Below, piece by piece: positions 38,306 through 51,421 of a stretch of DNA of 64,000 nucleotides. The notes below the pieces were generated by a model. The model had not been told where the DNA came from. It worked only from the letters and a program-made list of their open reading frames with translations, and made no database searches. How positions within the stretch are numbered: the first letter of the stretch is position 1; each line of letters begins with the position of its first letter. Made by a program: the position numbers and the translations under genes. This stretch comes from Eledone cirrhosa (lineage: Eukaryota): positions 227,478,001 to 227,542,000 of the forward strand of contig OZ024740.1 of the NCBI GenBank assembly GCA_964016885.1, read 5' to 3'.

Positions 38306-38961
38306 ACTAGTGTTGTAGTAACAAGCAAAGTTGGTGCTGTGGTAGTGATACTAGTGATGGTAGAAGAAAGATGCTTAGAAGAAGAAGAAGAAGAAGAAGA
38401 AGAGGATGTGGAGGAGGATGAAGCGGAGGGGAGAAGAGAAGAACAACAACAAGTACAAAAACAACAATAATAACAACAACAACAACAACAATATCAACAA
38501 TAGCAACAACAACAACAACAACAATATCAACAACAGCAGTACCAACAACAACAACAACAACAATGGTAAAACCTATTGAAATGGCATTACTGTGAGTGTC
38601 TTTCTGCAGGATTATAAATACAATTGAAGAATAAGAAGCTGCTATTTTTGTTTCTTTCATTTTCTTATATATTTCTTGTTAAAATGAACTTTTAACAGAA
38701 CAGATGGCAGCAGCAGATCAGTTATTTGTCAATGAAAGAATAAGCTGTGTCAGCAATATTGACCTACTTTCACTTTCTCACTTATTCAAAATAACTTCAA
38801 GTTGAGAAATGCTAGATGTATGTATATACAGTATATATATGTATATGTGTTTATGTGTGTGTTTATGTGTGTGTGTGTGTATTCATATATCTATATATAT
38901 TCATAAATTTATATATATATATATCACAACTGCCTCACTTAAAAAATATATATATGTATAC

Positions 38962-39278
38962 GGGTGGTGTGTTGTTTCCTTGAGCAAAATATATATATAT
39001 ATACGGGTGGTGTGTTGTTTCCTTGAGCAAGACACTTTATTTTCACATTGCTCCAGTTTACTCAGCTGTAGAAATGAGATGCTAGGGACTGAGGTCCTTA
39101 TCATTCCACTGCAAAGTGGTCGTGTAGGTGCCACGGCAAAAAAGCACCCAGCACTCACTGTAAATGAGGTTGGTGTTAGGAAGGGCATCCAGCTGTAGAA
39201 ATCAAGCCAGTATCAGTTCCCGTCCCACCCTTGCAAGCAGGGAAAAGCGGACGTAAAATGAAATGATGAATGATGATG

Positions 39279-39313
<35 letters not shown>

Positions 39314-39695
39314 CACATATATATGTTCATATATATATATATATATTCATATGAATGGAGGCACATGGCTTAGTGGTTAGAGCATTGGCCTTGCAATCGA
39401 AAGGTTGTGAGTTCAATTCTCAGACCAGGTGATGTGTTGTTTCCTTGAGCAAGGCACTTTATTTCATATTGCTCCAGTTTACTCAGCTGTAGAAATGAGA
39501 TGATAGGGACTGGTGTCCCTATCATTCCACTGCAAAGTGGTCGTGGAGGTGCCACGGCAAAAAAGGACCCAGCACTCACTGTAAATGAGGTTGGTGTTAG
39601 GAAGGGCATCCAGCTGTAGAAATCAAGCCAAAGTCAGTTCATGTCCCACCCTTGCAAGCAGGGAAAAAGCGGATGTAAAATGAAAAAAATGAAAA
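38962..39695 (+). mobile_element. Two SINE-B copies (headless 38962-39280; full-length 39357-39695)
   Basis: Full copy has A-box TGGCTTAGTGG, B-box GAGTTCAATTC, CORE-like block and RTE-type tail. Confidence 0.85.
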
Positions 39696-39954
39696 TAAAA
39701 TGTATATATATTCATATATATGTATGTATATATTTATATATTCATATGTATATATATTTATATATATATATATGAATGCATATATTTATATAATCATATG
39801 TACATATATATATGTATATGTATATATAAAGTGCCTCCTCCAATATACAGTGGTGGCCATAACTGGACCCCAAAAACCAATGGCCACATATACATGCTAA
39901 ATGTATGAAACTAAATAAGCTCTCTTGCAACAGATTGAGCATATGTATATATCA

Positions 39955-40345
39955 TCATCATCATCATTGTTTAATGTCCATGTTCCACGCTTGTATGGGT
40001 TTGGACGGGAGTTTTCTCACTTGAGGCAAGAGTGATTTTCTTGCTCGCATAGGACTGTCTGGCAGGTTTTCTACAGTTGGATGCCCTTCCTAACACCAAC
40101 CACATTTACAGTGTGGGGCTGGGAGGTTTTTACCGTGTTGCCTACACGGCCACATTACAGCGTGGACTGTGTGTTTTTTTGTCGTGACACCTACACAATC
40201 TCATTTGTTTCGGCCTGGATGTTGTGGCACCAACATAACTTTGCATTGAAAGGGGCGGTGTGGATGGGGTGGGGGTGGTGGGACGGAGGTGTATTTTGTT
40301 AGAGATGTACTTTAGAGATGCCTACTGACTGTAGTAGGTTTTACT
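39955..40345 (-). mobile_element. Family C retroposon
   Basis: Reverse complement of 60850-61370. Confidence 0.8.
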
Positions 40346-40380
40346 TTGTATTTATATATATATATATATATATTACATTA

Positions 40381-40570
40381 TGGTGGATTGGTAGTATCGG
40401 TAGAGGGTCAGACGCCATGCTTTGATGCATAGAGTTACGGCCCTTGCCATTCTGAGTTCAAATCCCGCCGAGGTTAACTTTGCCTTTCATCCTTATGGGG
40501 TCGATAAAATAAAGTACCAGTAATACACTGGGTAATTTTCTGGCCTTGTGTCAAAAGTAGAAACAATTAT
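40381..40570 (+). mobile_element. Full-length SINE-A
   Basis: Matches the consensus from GGTGGATTGG to GTAGAAACAATTAT. Confidence 0.9.
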
Positions 40571-40719
40571 ATTATATTATATTATATTATTTATATTTAT
40601 ACATGGAACAAAAAGTGCTGCCTAAGATTTTTCTCATCACCTCATCACTGTCATGCTATCTATCTTATTTGTAATTGACATCTGGGACCAATTTTCATAA
40701 TCTTTTGTTTCATGTTGAA

Positions 40720-40880
40720 ACCCTTACCTCTAATTCTAAACCTAACCCAAACCCTAAACCTAAACCTAACCCAAATCCTAACCCTAACTTTAACCTTAAA
40801 TCTAACCCTAACCCTGGCCCCAACCCTATTGCCAACACTAACACTGATCTCAACCCTATCCCCATCCCAAATCTGACCCT
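40720..40880 (+). repeat. Degenerate (CCTAAC)n hexamer tract
   Basis: CCTAAC/CCTAAA/CCCAAA variants in 6-bp register. Confidence 0.8.
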
Positions 40881-43702
40881 TATTTGTACTATAATTTGGT
40901 ACCAATTTAAAGCTAGATGGTGTCATCTGTTGAGAGACTTAGATACCTTCATTCATAACACAATGCAGTTCTATCTTTTCATTGCCATATTTCTAATGAA
41001 ACATATAGACTATGATTTTTAAGTATTGGAAGGGATCTAGTAATATAAATTTCTCATTAATAAGCTGGAGTTTGGAATATAACAAAGGTTCTTACATAAA
41101 ATTATGAGGAATAGAGGCCACTGTAGTAATGCCAGAAAAGACACAGAGAGGAGACAATATGTCTGTGATTCAGAAGCTGGATTAGTGTGTTGCTGTGCAA
41201 CTTCATACCAATCAAATTAGTCTTTATTTCTATGTGGTCTATGGTGTGTGTGTGTGTGTGTGTATCAACAACACCATCCCAAATATGGGAACTAGCTCAG
41301 TAGTTCAGTCTTTGCTACATAGCAGTAGTCCAGTCTTTGATACATAGCTCAATAATTGAGCCTTTGCTACATAACTCAGTAGTTGAGTCTTTCCTACATT
41401 GTTCAATAATTAGCCTACTACACTATTATATTGAAAATCATGATTGCAAAAGCAACCAAAATATTATTTATGCTTAGTGTGCTAAATGAAAGTAATTGTT
41501 ATATTCTTTAACAATTCAGGGCTGAGGTTATGAAGATGGCTTTGAGGAGAATCCTATATTGTTTGTGTTATCTACTCAAAAAAAACAAATATAATGATAA
41601 TGATGATAATAAATAAACTAAAACTAATTATTTTGTCTACAAGAACTGTTTAAAGTGAACACTTGAGACATACAGAAATACAAAAACAAAAGAAACACAA
41701 TTTTTTTAAGCAAATAAGAAAGAGTTGGTGAAGACGGAAGTAGATTGGAGTGAAGAGAAAGAGAAAGAGAAAAGGTAGAACAGAAGGGAGGGAAAGAGGG
41801 TGGCGTGGCATTGAGAGTCTGAAAAAGAAAAATAAGATAAAAAGATATTTATTAGTCAATTACTAATCTTTGTTTAATTTAGTGAACTACATTTCAAGAC
41901 TAATTGTTTAAACCAGCTCAGAAACTTCTAGACATTACTACATCTAAGACAAGTAAGGAGGTAGCTAAGAACAGCAACAGTATATGAGCAAATAACTAAA
42001 TTAATGTCAGGAACAATCTCTAATTACTGATAATATCAGTACCATTAGTTCGTGGAGATTTTTTTTTAATTGACTTAAGTAATCTAATATCTACTAATTA
42101 CCTACAACAGACACATGTGGTACCTCCGCCAACACCACCAACCACACCTGACCAAAATAAAATATAATAATGTAAAGGGAGATAACTAAAATTCGTTGTT
42201 TCAGCTATTGAGCTTTTCAGACAATTATTAGCATGGTGGAATTAGTATTGCAAACGAAATGCGGAGTTTAATATTTGGGGGATATCTAATTCAAGATATC
42301 TAATTCTAATCATATTCGCTGCTAATCATCATTATCACCATCATGGGTTGAATGGGTTGTTACAGTTCAAGACCAAATGGGTCAGAGCAACCTCATCTTG
42401 ATCATATATTCCATATTTGTCTTGATATCTACAGCTGAATACCCTTCCTATCACCAACCACCTTACACAGTGTACTGAGAGCATTATTTGGTTGACACTA
42501 ACACTGCCACTTTACAGAGTGCACTAGATGTGATTTATCATGGCACCAACAGTAGAGAGGTTGTAACGTCTTTGTTAAAACTGAAGAGCCTCTCAAACCC
42601 CATATTGTCAGTTTGATTGCCAACACTGTAGTCCCTAGTCTCTCACTACACTTTACTTTTAGTATCACAGTGCATGTAGTGGTGGACAGGTCTTTTGTAT
42701 TATTGCATATCACCAGTAAGCTGTCCTGTGTCATTTCCTTCATTATTTTTAATATGTCTATCTTGAACCCAGAAGTTCATCAGACCAGTGCTTAGCCAAG
42801 ACTCTGAATAGGATATTAGTCCATCACAGGGTTAAGCCCCCAACTATTGCTGGTACTCATTTTCAACTGAGTATACTGGAGCAGGTATTGAACCCAAGAT
42901 ATTATGATCATAAGTCCAACACCCTTACCACTAGGCCACGTGCCTTCACCAGTGGGATCAAACCTAGGACTTTATGATTGTGAAGTGAGCTTCTTAACCA
43001 TTCAGCTATAATGTGTCTACTAGACACATTGTGCTAAATGATAATATCCAAATCGGTTTTACATTAATTCTGTACTGAAAATCTATGAGATTCTAGAGAA
43101 ATGTTCACAGATGCTAACTATATATTTTACATTGTGCTTCCAGCTAAAAAATATGGAATTAGTCAAATAAATCTTACACAGATCTTTCAGTCAATCAGAA
43201 TTTAAATATGATCTTTGTTAAACAATACTTAAATTAATTATAAACTAGATTTTTAATTGCAATGCAAGATATAAAATTTAGATTTAATTGTAAAATAATA
43301 CTTGATTAAATTATGAGGGAATTATCAACTTCTTCACTTGCATCATTTTAATTGATTATTTGTTAATTTTATTGGTTTGAAACTTTCTGGAGTTATTTGT
43401 ACCAGAATACCAGAATACCAGAATACCCAGCAATTCTGGAATCAAGATCATTCCTGTATTCCGTCCACATAAATACTTTCTTTTTTTTTAAACTTGATTT
43501 TCATCTTAAAATGTCAGAAAAAGCTAAACTCCTTTACATGATAGGAATTTTAATCAAATATAACGTTCTTTCTTCTTATAACATATTTTTTTTTTTAATA
43601 TACCATTTGATATTATAGTCTCTTTGTGTGTGGGTGTGAGTGTGTGTGTGTGTGCACTTGTGTGTGTACACTTGTGTATCTGTGGGAGGGTATTTATAAG
43701 TC

Positions 43703-43736
<34 letters not shown>

Positions 43737-45589
43737 TGTATTTGCGTGCACATTTATCTGCATGTGTATGATATGTGTGCATGTATGTATCTGTATGTGT
43801 ATGTGTCTGTTTATAACTATATATGTGTGTGCATGGGTGTGTATGTGTGTAAATAGGGAAGAGCTTTTCTTTCAAACGTTATGTTGAAGACATGACTGTG
43901 TTCAATTCATGAGGGAGATGGAGGGAGAAAGATAAAGAAAAGAAAACTTACATGTATGCACTATAGATATGTTTTTCTTGGGAACAGGTTCTGCAAAGCT
44001 AACTTCATTCTCCATGAAGAAACTCCTCCCTCATATTCATCAGTATGGCCTCATTTTTTTTTCTTCACATTTCCTCATATTGTCAATTGTTCTCAAACGT
44101 AATAGTGAGATTCCCAAATGCATATTGTCTATGTTAACTATTATAGTTTCTTCCCTAACACTTCTTGAAATAGCATTAATCACCTATTTTCTATTGTCTT
44201 TTTGCTGTCATTGTGTTCGATATGCTCTCAATACCATCATATAATAGGCTTTTATTGCATGCAATTGTTGTCTACTTGATGGGAGGACATACTAAAATAG
44301 GAAGCTATTTTCAGAGATGTAAACCTAATTTATAACATATTTGTTCATCATCAGAATAGGAATGTCTCATTGTTTAGGTTGGTCCCTTTAAAATCCTTTA
44401 TTAATATAATACATTAAAATGGATCATGATTCAAATGTTTGAGGTTCTGACATGAAGTTAATTCCAATATTTTCAAATCCAAGCTTTAACTCTTGTATAA
44501 CTATATTTATAATTTAAAAACCTGTCTTTCAATTAATTTTGAAAACAATCAAAGGTTTGGATGGATTTAGTAAAATATTAACATTTTCATTATTATGTTA
44601 TTTTAGGGTGACAACATAGCAAAATTGTTAAAGTGTTAGATAAATCATTTGTGGTTTTTATGATTTAAAATCTCCCCAAGATCAACTTTACCTTTTTTCC
44701 TTCTAGGATTGACAAAATAATGTACCAGAAATACTAAGATTGCTAAAATCAACTTCCCCTCCCCCATAATTGCTGGCCTTGTGCCTAAATTAGCAACCAT
44801 TTTTCATCATCATCATCCAGGTGTGCTTATTGCATGGATTGCCATGACTCATTATCTCCAGTCTGTTCAGTCTACTATTGCTTATGATAAGTCTTCTGAG
44901 GTGCACTCAGAATCCTCGCATAGTTGCTTTATATAGGTTCAATGTGGTCTATAACATTTGGTTACTCATGCTTCAGTTCCCAAAAAAGAAAGTCACTGAT
45001 GATCTCATTCTTTGCTTTCCAGCAATGTCTAGCAATCTTGTTCTTCTTTCTCTGATAGCATGTGATATCTGTAATATATTTCCAGTTCTTTCATGGGGTG
45101 TTGTCTCTAGATAATGTCCAGAGCATCTTGAACCATTCTTGTATAAGTTCTGTCAATTTTCTTTTCAAGATTCTTTATTAGAGTCCATGTTGTACCTTCA
45201 TATAAATATTTTTAAGTTATTCTAAAGGGGGTGAATTAACAGAAATATTTAAGCATTGGAAAAAATATTTTGCAGTATTTGTTGCAGATCTTTACATTCA
45301 GATTTCAAAACCAACTTTATCTTTCTTCCTTTCAAGGTCAATATAACTGACTTTCCTCTCCTCCCAAATTACTGACCCTATTTCCAAAATAGAAGCCTTA
45401 AAGTTATTTTATATACTAAAGTGTATTTTAAAGAACTCTAGTGTCCTAAAAAATATCTTCAGTTTCATGAGATAATGTGTTTTTTAATAAAATTCAATAA
45501 AAATTTAATATGTATTTTTTATTTATTTATATAAGAAAAATTGGTTCTATTTAATTTCATACCAAAATTAGGATTGTCCATATAGTAAA

Positions 45590-45787
45590 CGAGGGTCAGC
45601 TGAAAAGTTCATAAGCTGACCAAGATACTCTCATGGAATAACGAAATGAGGTTTATTTTTCAACATAATCCCTGGAAAGAAACAATGTAGTTATTGATAA
45701 GAAGAGTTGAAATTAATGCATGCAAAATTTCACAGCTCTAGCATCACTCCTTCATAGTCAGCCTATGAACTTTTCAGCTGAGCCTCG
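45590..45787. mobile_element. Mariner-type MITE
   Basis: About 31-bp TIRs CGAGGGTCAGCTGAAAAGTTCATAAGCTGAC / GTCAGCCTATGAACTTTTCAGCTGAGCCTCG; right end followed by TA. Confidence 0.85.
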
Positions 45788-45937
45788 TAGGTACAGGTTT
45801 CATGAAGTTGGAAAATTGTATAAGGGTCCCACAGCAAAATAAGTTTGGCAAATACTGTATAGAACATATAAAAAAAACAGAAATCATAAAATTATAATGG
45901 ATGTGGCAGGGCGGGGGGGTCCATATGAATACTTTAA

Positions 45938-46139
45938 CCCTTTAGCATTTAAACTGGCTGTGTCCGGCCAGAATTCTCTCACCCCTTTCTGTTCTAATGG
46001 CTGTAACTGGCCGCTCATACTGATGTTAAGGTATTCTTCTCAAAATAAAAAATATCAAAATTTCATAGATTCGATATTAAGTGAGATAATTATGTGGGGT
46101 AAATAATAGTAAATATAGAGTAATGTAAATGCTGAAGGG
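45938..46139. mobile_element. TTAA-flanked (piggyBac-like) MITE
   Basis: TTAA|CCCTTTAGCATTTA ... TAAATGCTGAAGGG|TTAA. Confidence 0.8.
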
Positions 46140-47048
46140 TTAAAACAGGTTTTGTGTTGCTGAACAAGAAATGTCTTGAGTTGGTATCAAAGGGATAGAT
46201 AAATTTACTATTTGCCTACCAAATTTTAATATTTAACCAACTTATCCTCATAGATAGTAAAGATCATTTTCACCTTATTGACAATAATGCATAATTTATA
46301 TAACCTAGCAAAGTTTCAGCTAACACTTAGTCAGTTAATCATTGTGCAAGTAAAGGTAATATTTAAACAGAATTTTTCTCATGGTGGTTTGTTAGAGGTT
46401 ATGTCTGTCACAAGCTATTATTATTGAAACTAGAATTCTGAAAACACTTTAGTTGTTGTATTTTATTAAATTATATTTACCTCTATCTCAGTTCTTGTAT
46501 GATTTTAGTATTGTTTTGTAACACAATTCACGATTTTTATTGTATAATCTTAGCAAACCATAATTTCTCATCCTGCCTCCATTTTTTCATCAGGCATTGA
46601 CCTGAAGATGTTCAGGCAGAGTATTAGGCAAACCAATCTTACTAGTCTGAATAGACCTGCTATAAAGGCCTTCATCATTTCCCCTCTTCCTTTCATTGTA
46701 TGGGTTACTCACAACTACATATTTAAAAATACACCTCCAATATCAAGAAAATAAAACCAGATTATATGTAAAGTTGTGACTATATTGATATTGATATAGA
46801 AGGTCAATATGTATGTTTGTATGTGTATATATATTCATATATATGTATAGAAACACATAGAAGTTAGAGAAAGGATTTAAGTTGTTAACCTTAGTTTTTC
46901 TTCGTTTTAAATATATATATATAAATGTGTGTGTGTATGTGTGTGTATTTACAAGTTGATATAGTTACACATCTCTCCATCTCTCTTAACTTTTGAAAAT
47001 GAAGAAACTTCTGAAACCAGTAAAGTTATTGTAAATAAACCTTCTTAA

Positions 47049-47268
47049 CCCTTTAATGTTCAAATCGACCAAACCTGCCAGAATTCTCTAACCTCTTTCT
47101 GTTCAAACCAGCTGTTACCAGCTGCTCATACTGTTGTTAAGGTATTGTTCTCAAAATAAATACTATCAAAATCTCATAGATTCGATATCATTTGAGATAA
47201 TTACGTGAGGTAAAGCCTTTACCATGAAAATATAATAGCATATATTGAGTAATGTAAATGCTGAAGAG
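47049..47268. mobile_element. Second copy of the TTAA-flanked MITE
   Basis: Internal similarity to 45938-46139; TTAA on both flanks. Confidence 0.8.
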
Positions 47269-47701
47269 TTAAAGACTCCAATTTCATTTTCAACTTCTTT
47301 TTCCTATATATATATATATATATGTGTGTATGTGTGTGTGTGTGTTTAAGTTTCTGTGTATGTTTTCATATAGACGCCAGTTAAAACAAGCAGTGTCGTT
47401 TGTTTATGTCCAGCCTAAACAATATGTATTGCACAATAAAAGTTTAACAAAAATGACTGTTATATATCACACTTATAAATAAAATATCTGTTTATGTTAA
47501 AAAGGGCATCTGGCAATACAAAAATTGCCTCAAAGAGTCTCATATAGCCCATACCAGTTTAGAAAATCAATGATGTTGAATATTATGACGTATCAGAATG
47601 TTTCTTTCAATTTCATCAAGAAAAAAGTTAAACTTATTTTATAGATTTTTGTATATTTATTTACTGAACAGAATATATAAAATATATTCCATTTCTTGCA
47701 G

Positions 47702-47945
47702 CTACAATATTGGAAAGCAAGTGAAGGACGAAGTGAAATGAAGGAAGTTGACATCTACGTGAGCCGAAATAGCAATGAACACAGCGACCATCGACACCAC
47801 CGAACACATCACCGAGGGCAAGATATACGAGCGACTGTCACTAACTTACCAGCATATACAGCAATGAGAGCCCAAGTATGTGTCATGAATACACACTTTG
47901 TGGGACATCCAAGTAATATTGCAAATTTTCATACACCAGAAGGAA
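47702..47945 (+). CDS. Nrg: Exon of a neuroglian/L1CAM-family cell adhesion gene (C-terminal part of an FN3 domain)
   Basis: Acceptor TTTCTTGCAG, donor GTAAGT; LQYWK...VTNLPAYTAMRAQVCVMNTHFVGHPSNIANFHTPEG; phase 0 to phase 1. Confidence 0.8.
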
Positions 47946-49499
47946 GTAAGTAACCTGCTTTTTGTACTCCAAATATAGTTGTATTTTTATTCAACCTCAC
48001 TTGTCTGTTTGCTTGTCAGATGTTTGTCAGGTGGCTAGGATAATATCAGCTACGGAAACAAACTGATGAGCCAACATAAATAAAGATGGGGAAACAAATC
48101 TAACAAGTGTAATGTTTATTTTGACATTTGAAACAAGTTCATCCAAATGTAACCTAAGGTTTCTTATTCAGTGATTATAATGACAGCTACATAAGAAAAT
48201 TAACAGAAGTGTTTTACCCACATCTCATATTTCACCATTTCTAAGCAATATAAATAATATAATCCCTGAAGTATATATGTTGGCTGTAGACCAAAGCTTC
48301 TTAGATATGGGCCATACCTAAATAATTTAAGCTTTAATTATGAATCTAGAGAATATATAAAGAAGAAACAAAAGAAAAAGATATGAAAAAGCTGTGAAAG
48401 TTCACAGATAAGGATAAAATTTAATTAAACCATATCTTCAAATATTTATAGCTGGAAGTGTTTTCTATCCTCACTGGTCTCACTAATAATTTACCTTCAG
48501 TAACACATCTAATATTAACCATCTCAATACCAACTTGGTGAAGTATAGCATTTTCTAAAACAAATTTTGATAAAGTTCCCATATGTTTCAACAAAGGAAG
48601 GGATCTTGTATTCTGCCAAGATAAAAGCACCAGTCTCTTGAGCCTTTAGGCTTGAGTAAAACGTTTTTTAATCCTATGTCTTGTTAAGGTGGTTGATTAT
48701 TCCAGTTTCATGTGGTGTTAAGCAACTGAGAGTACAGGACACCCTATTGTTGCAAAAATAAACTCCAGCTGCTGTTGGTGGTTCTCGTATTTTTTCTTGA
48801 GGAGACTGAAGCAATGTGAAGTGTTATGTTCAAGGACACAATGCACCACCCAGTCTATGAATTGAATTGATGACCTTATGATCCTCAGCTCAACAGTGCA
48901 TCTATTAGGATGCATGCCTTGTCTAGTTAAAAAAAGGCCTGGGTAAAATCAACAGGTTTTAATGTGAAGAATATACCATAAGCAAATACAAGACTTTGAA
49001 TTTATTAACACAAATGACAATATTAGAAACAGATTTTAAAAGTGATACAAATCACATTATCTGTACCTCTTCTGTTTGTTATAAATTGTACTGATAATTT
49101 TCAGACAACCTATATATATAAATAGTTTCTCTCCATAAAATGAAAATATTTGATAAGTAAAAAATATATTTGTTTTTTATATATAAACTATACTATAGCT
49201 TTGCCTTATATTAGACCTTTCTAACTTTAATCTAACTGCATGATACCTAAAAAAACTAAGGCATTATTTTGCCCATCTAATCAAATGCTTTGCATATGTG
49301 TTTTTTGGAAAAAAAGCTTTTTAGTATCTATAATTTATTGACTATGGCTTTTTTTCTTTGGAACGTGCATTCTCCAGATCTTATATTGATTTCCTGAGGA
49401 TATTTTAATGCTACCTAATTACATTAAAATTGAAACGTGCGTAGAAGTTAATAAAATGACTTGAGGTATCATCTTGGGTTTTATTTTTGAATTTAACTG

Positions 49500-50597
49500 G
49501 TTGAAATCCTTCATTCTCATCCGAAAAGAGGTAGTCACGGTTCTAGGACAGCATTCTTCACCATATCAGATGTCATCTGGTGTACCACAGGGATCTGTTC
49601 TTGGTCCCCTTTTGTTTGTGGCATATATTAATGACATAGATGCCAACTTAAAGAATGCCACGGTACTGAAATATGCAGATGACATCAAGCTATACCTTGA
49701 AATCAAAAGGACTGATCCTGAAATCTACAACTCTTTCCTACAATCAGACCTGGACACAATGCAGCAATGGATCACAGACTGGCAACTGAAGCTGGCTGTG
49801 GACAAGTGTACCACCATGCATTTTGGAAGGAAAAATCCAGCGTCCACATACTCCCGCCACAACACTGATATCAAGAAGTCCTCTTGTGAACGTGACCTGG
49901 GCATTACTGTCAGCAGCGATTTGCATTGGACAAAGCATGTCTCTAAGATTGTCAAGAAGGCCGAGGGTGTCTTGGCATCACTCAGCAAGACCTTTGTTAG
50001 CCGCTCTCCAGCCATCTATTTAAAGCTGTATACAGCTATGGTACGACCACACTTGGAATTCGCATCATCAATCTGGAACCCCTATCCTGCTCAGAACATT
50101 GACCTCTTGGAAACTGTTCAGAGATGTGCAACCAAGCGCATACCCTGTATCAGACACCTACCATACTCTGAACGCCTTGCTTCCCTGGGCATAGATTCAT
50201 TGAAGCTCCGACGTCTGGCAATGGACTATGTAAACACCCACAAAGTTATTAACCATCTCACCAACAACAACCCTGAGCACCTTTTTGATCTCCATGTGTC
50301 TAACACACGTGGACATGCCTACAAAATCAGAAAACAGCACAGGTCCCATGACTTCGGAAACATTTTTTCACGCTTAGAGTTGCTGAGACACTGCATCCTT
50401 TAAAACCTTCATGCTTCCCGAAATTCGCTAAAACTACACCTGATGTACCCCTTCCATACACATGTACACATGTGTATATCATGTGACTCATGCACTATTC
50501 ATTTTCCTGACGTTTGTACATTACCCAATGTACTATACATACACTTTTTGATGAGTTGTAGTGCACCTGAGCACTGTACACAATATTTCATTATTAT

Positions 50598-50600
<3 letters not shown>
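49500..50600 (+). pseudogene. 5'-truncated CR1-clade LINE inside the intron
   Basis: GVPQGSVLGPLLF, YADDIK, ERDLGI, VRPHLEFASSIWNP, NTRGH; (ATT)n tail. Confidence 0.9.
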
Positions 50601-50628
<28 letters not shown>

Positions 50629-50636
<8 letters not shown>

Positions 50637-50801
50637 AAAAAAAGGAAAAGACTGACTTCACTTGTAGTGTTAAAAAATTTTGATTTAATTTTATAATATT
50701 ATAATATTATGACCAACTCATAATATTAGAATATTATAAAATAAAATCAAAATTTTTTAACTCTACAAGGGAAGTCATTCTTTTCTGTTTTTTCAAATAT
50801 A
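50629..50801. repeat. Imperfect palindrome with about 84-bp arms
   Basis: 50629-50712 vs 50718-50801; loop CCAAC. Confidence 0.85.
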
Positions 50802-51030
50802 CCTAACTGTACCAAGGATGTCACACATTTTCCAATATATATCATCATCATTTTCGTTTAACGTCCATCCCCACGGTAATTTTTATATATATATATAGAG
50901 AGAGAGGGGGGTATATATATATGGATAGGTAGGTAGGTAGGGGTAGACTTAATGTAAGCTCAGACCTGGAGAAACACTGTCATGGGAAACCAACTATTTG
51001 AATGTTGAAATGTTCTTTTCTTTTTTGCAG

Positions 51031-51153
51031 AACCAGGTCCTGTACAAAATCTAAGGATAGAATCTTATGGTGCAACATTTGCCCTTTTGAAATGGCAACA
51101 ACCAAATGAACCCAATGGAAAACTACTTGGCTATGATATTGGCTACCAATCAG
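51031..51153 (+). CDS. Nrg: Neuroglian-like exon (N-terminal half of the next FN3 domain)
   Basis: Acceptor TTTTTTGCAG, donor GTATTG; (K)PGPVQNLRIESYGATFALLKWQQPNEPNGKLLGYDIGYQS; phase 1-1, in frame with the flanking exons. Confidence 0.85.
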
Positions 51154-51237
51154 GTATTGTATTATATTCTTTTATTTTATCTATCTTTCTCTTTACAGCA
51201 TGCATTAACATCATCATTATTAACATCATTATCATTC

Positions 51238-51421
51238 GGTGGATTGGCAGTATCGGTAGAGGGTCGGTCGCCATGCTTTCCAGCATAGTTACGTCCCTTT
51301 ACGATCTGAGTTCAAATCCCGCCGAGGTTGACTTTGCCTTTCATCCTTACGGGGTCGATAAAATAAAGTACCAGTAATGCACTGGGTAATTGCTGGCCTT
51401 GTGCCTAAAGTAGAAACAATT
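51238..51421 (+). mobile_element. Full-length SINE-A
   Basis: Consensus match. Confidence 0.9.

Noticed and set aside
39357-39430. tRNA gene
   Set aside because: It is the tRNA-derived head of a multi-copy SINE, continuing into SINE body without a proper 3' acceptor stem.
40675-41022. Pro-Asn repeat ORF or interstitial telomere
   Set aside because: Degenerate CCTAAC hexamers, not a clean (TTAGGG)n array; the ORF is an artefact of the repeat.
44285-44367. Hammerhead-like CTGATGA...GAAA on the minus strand
   Set aside because: Stem I and stem II do not close next to the core.
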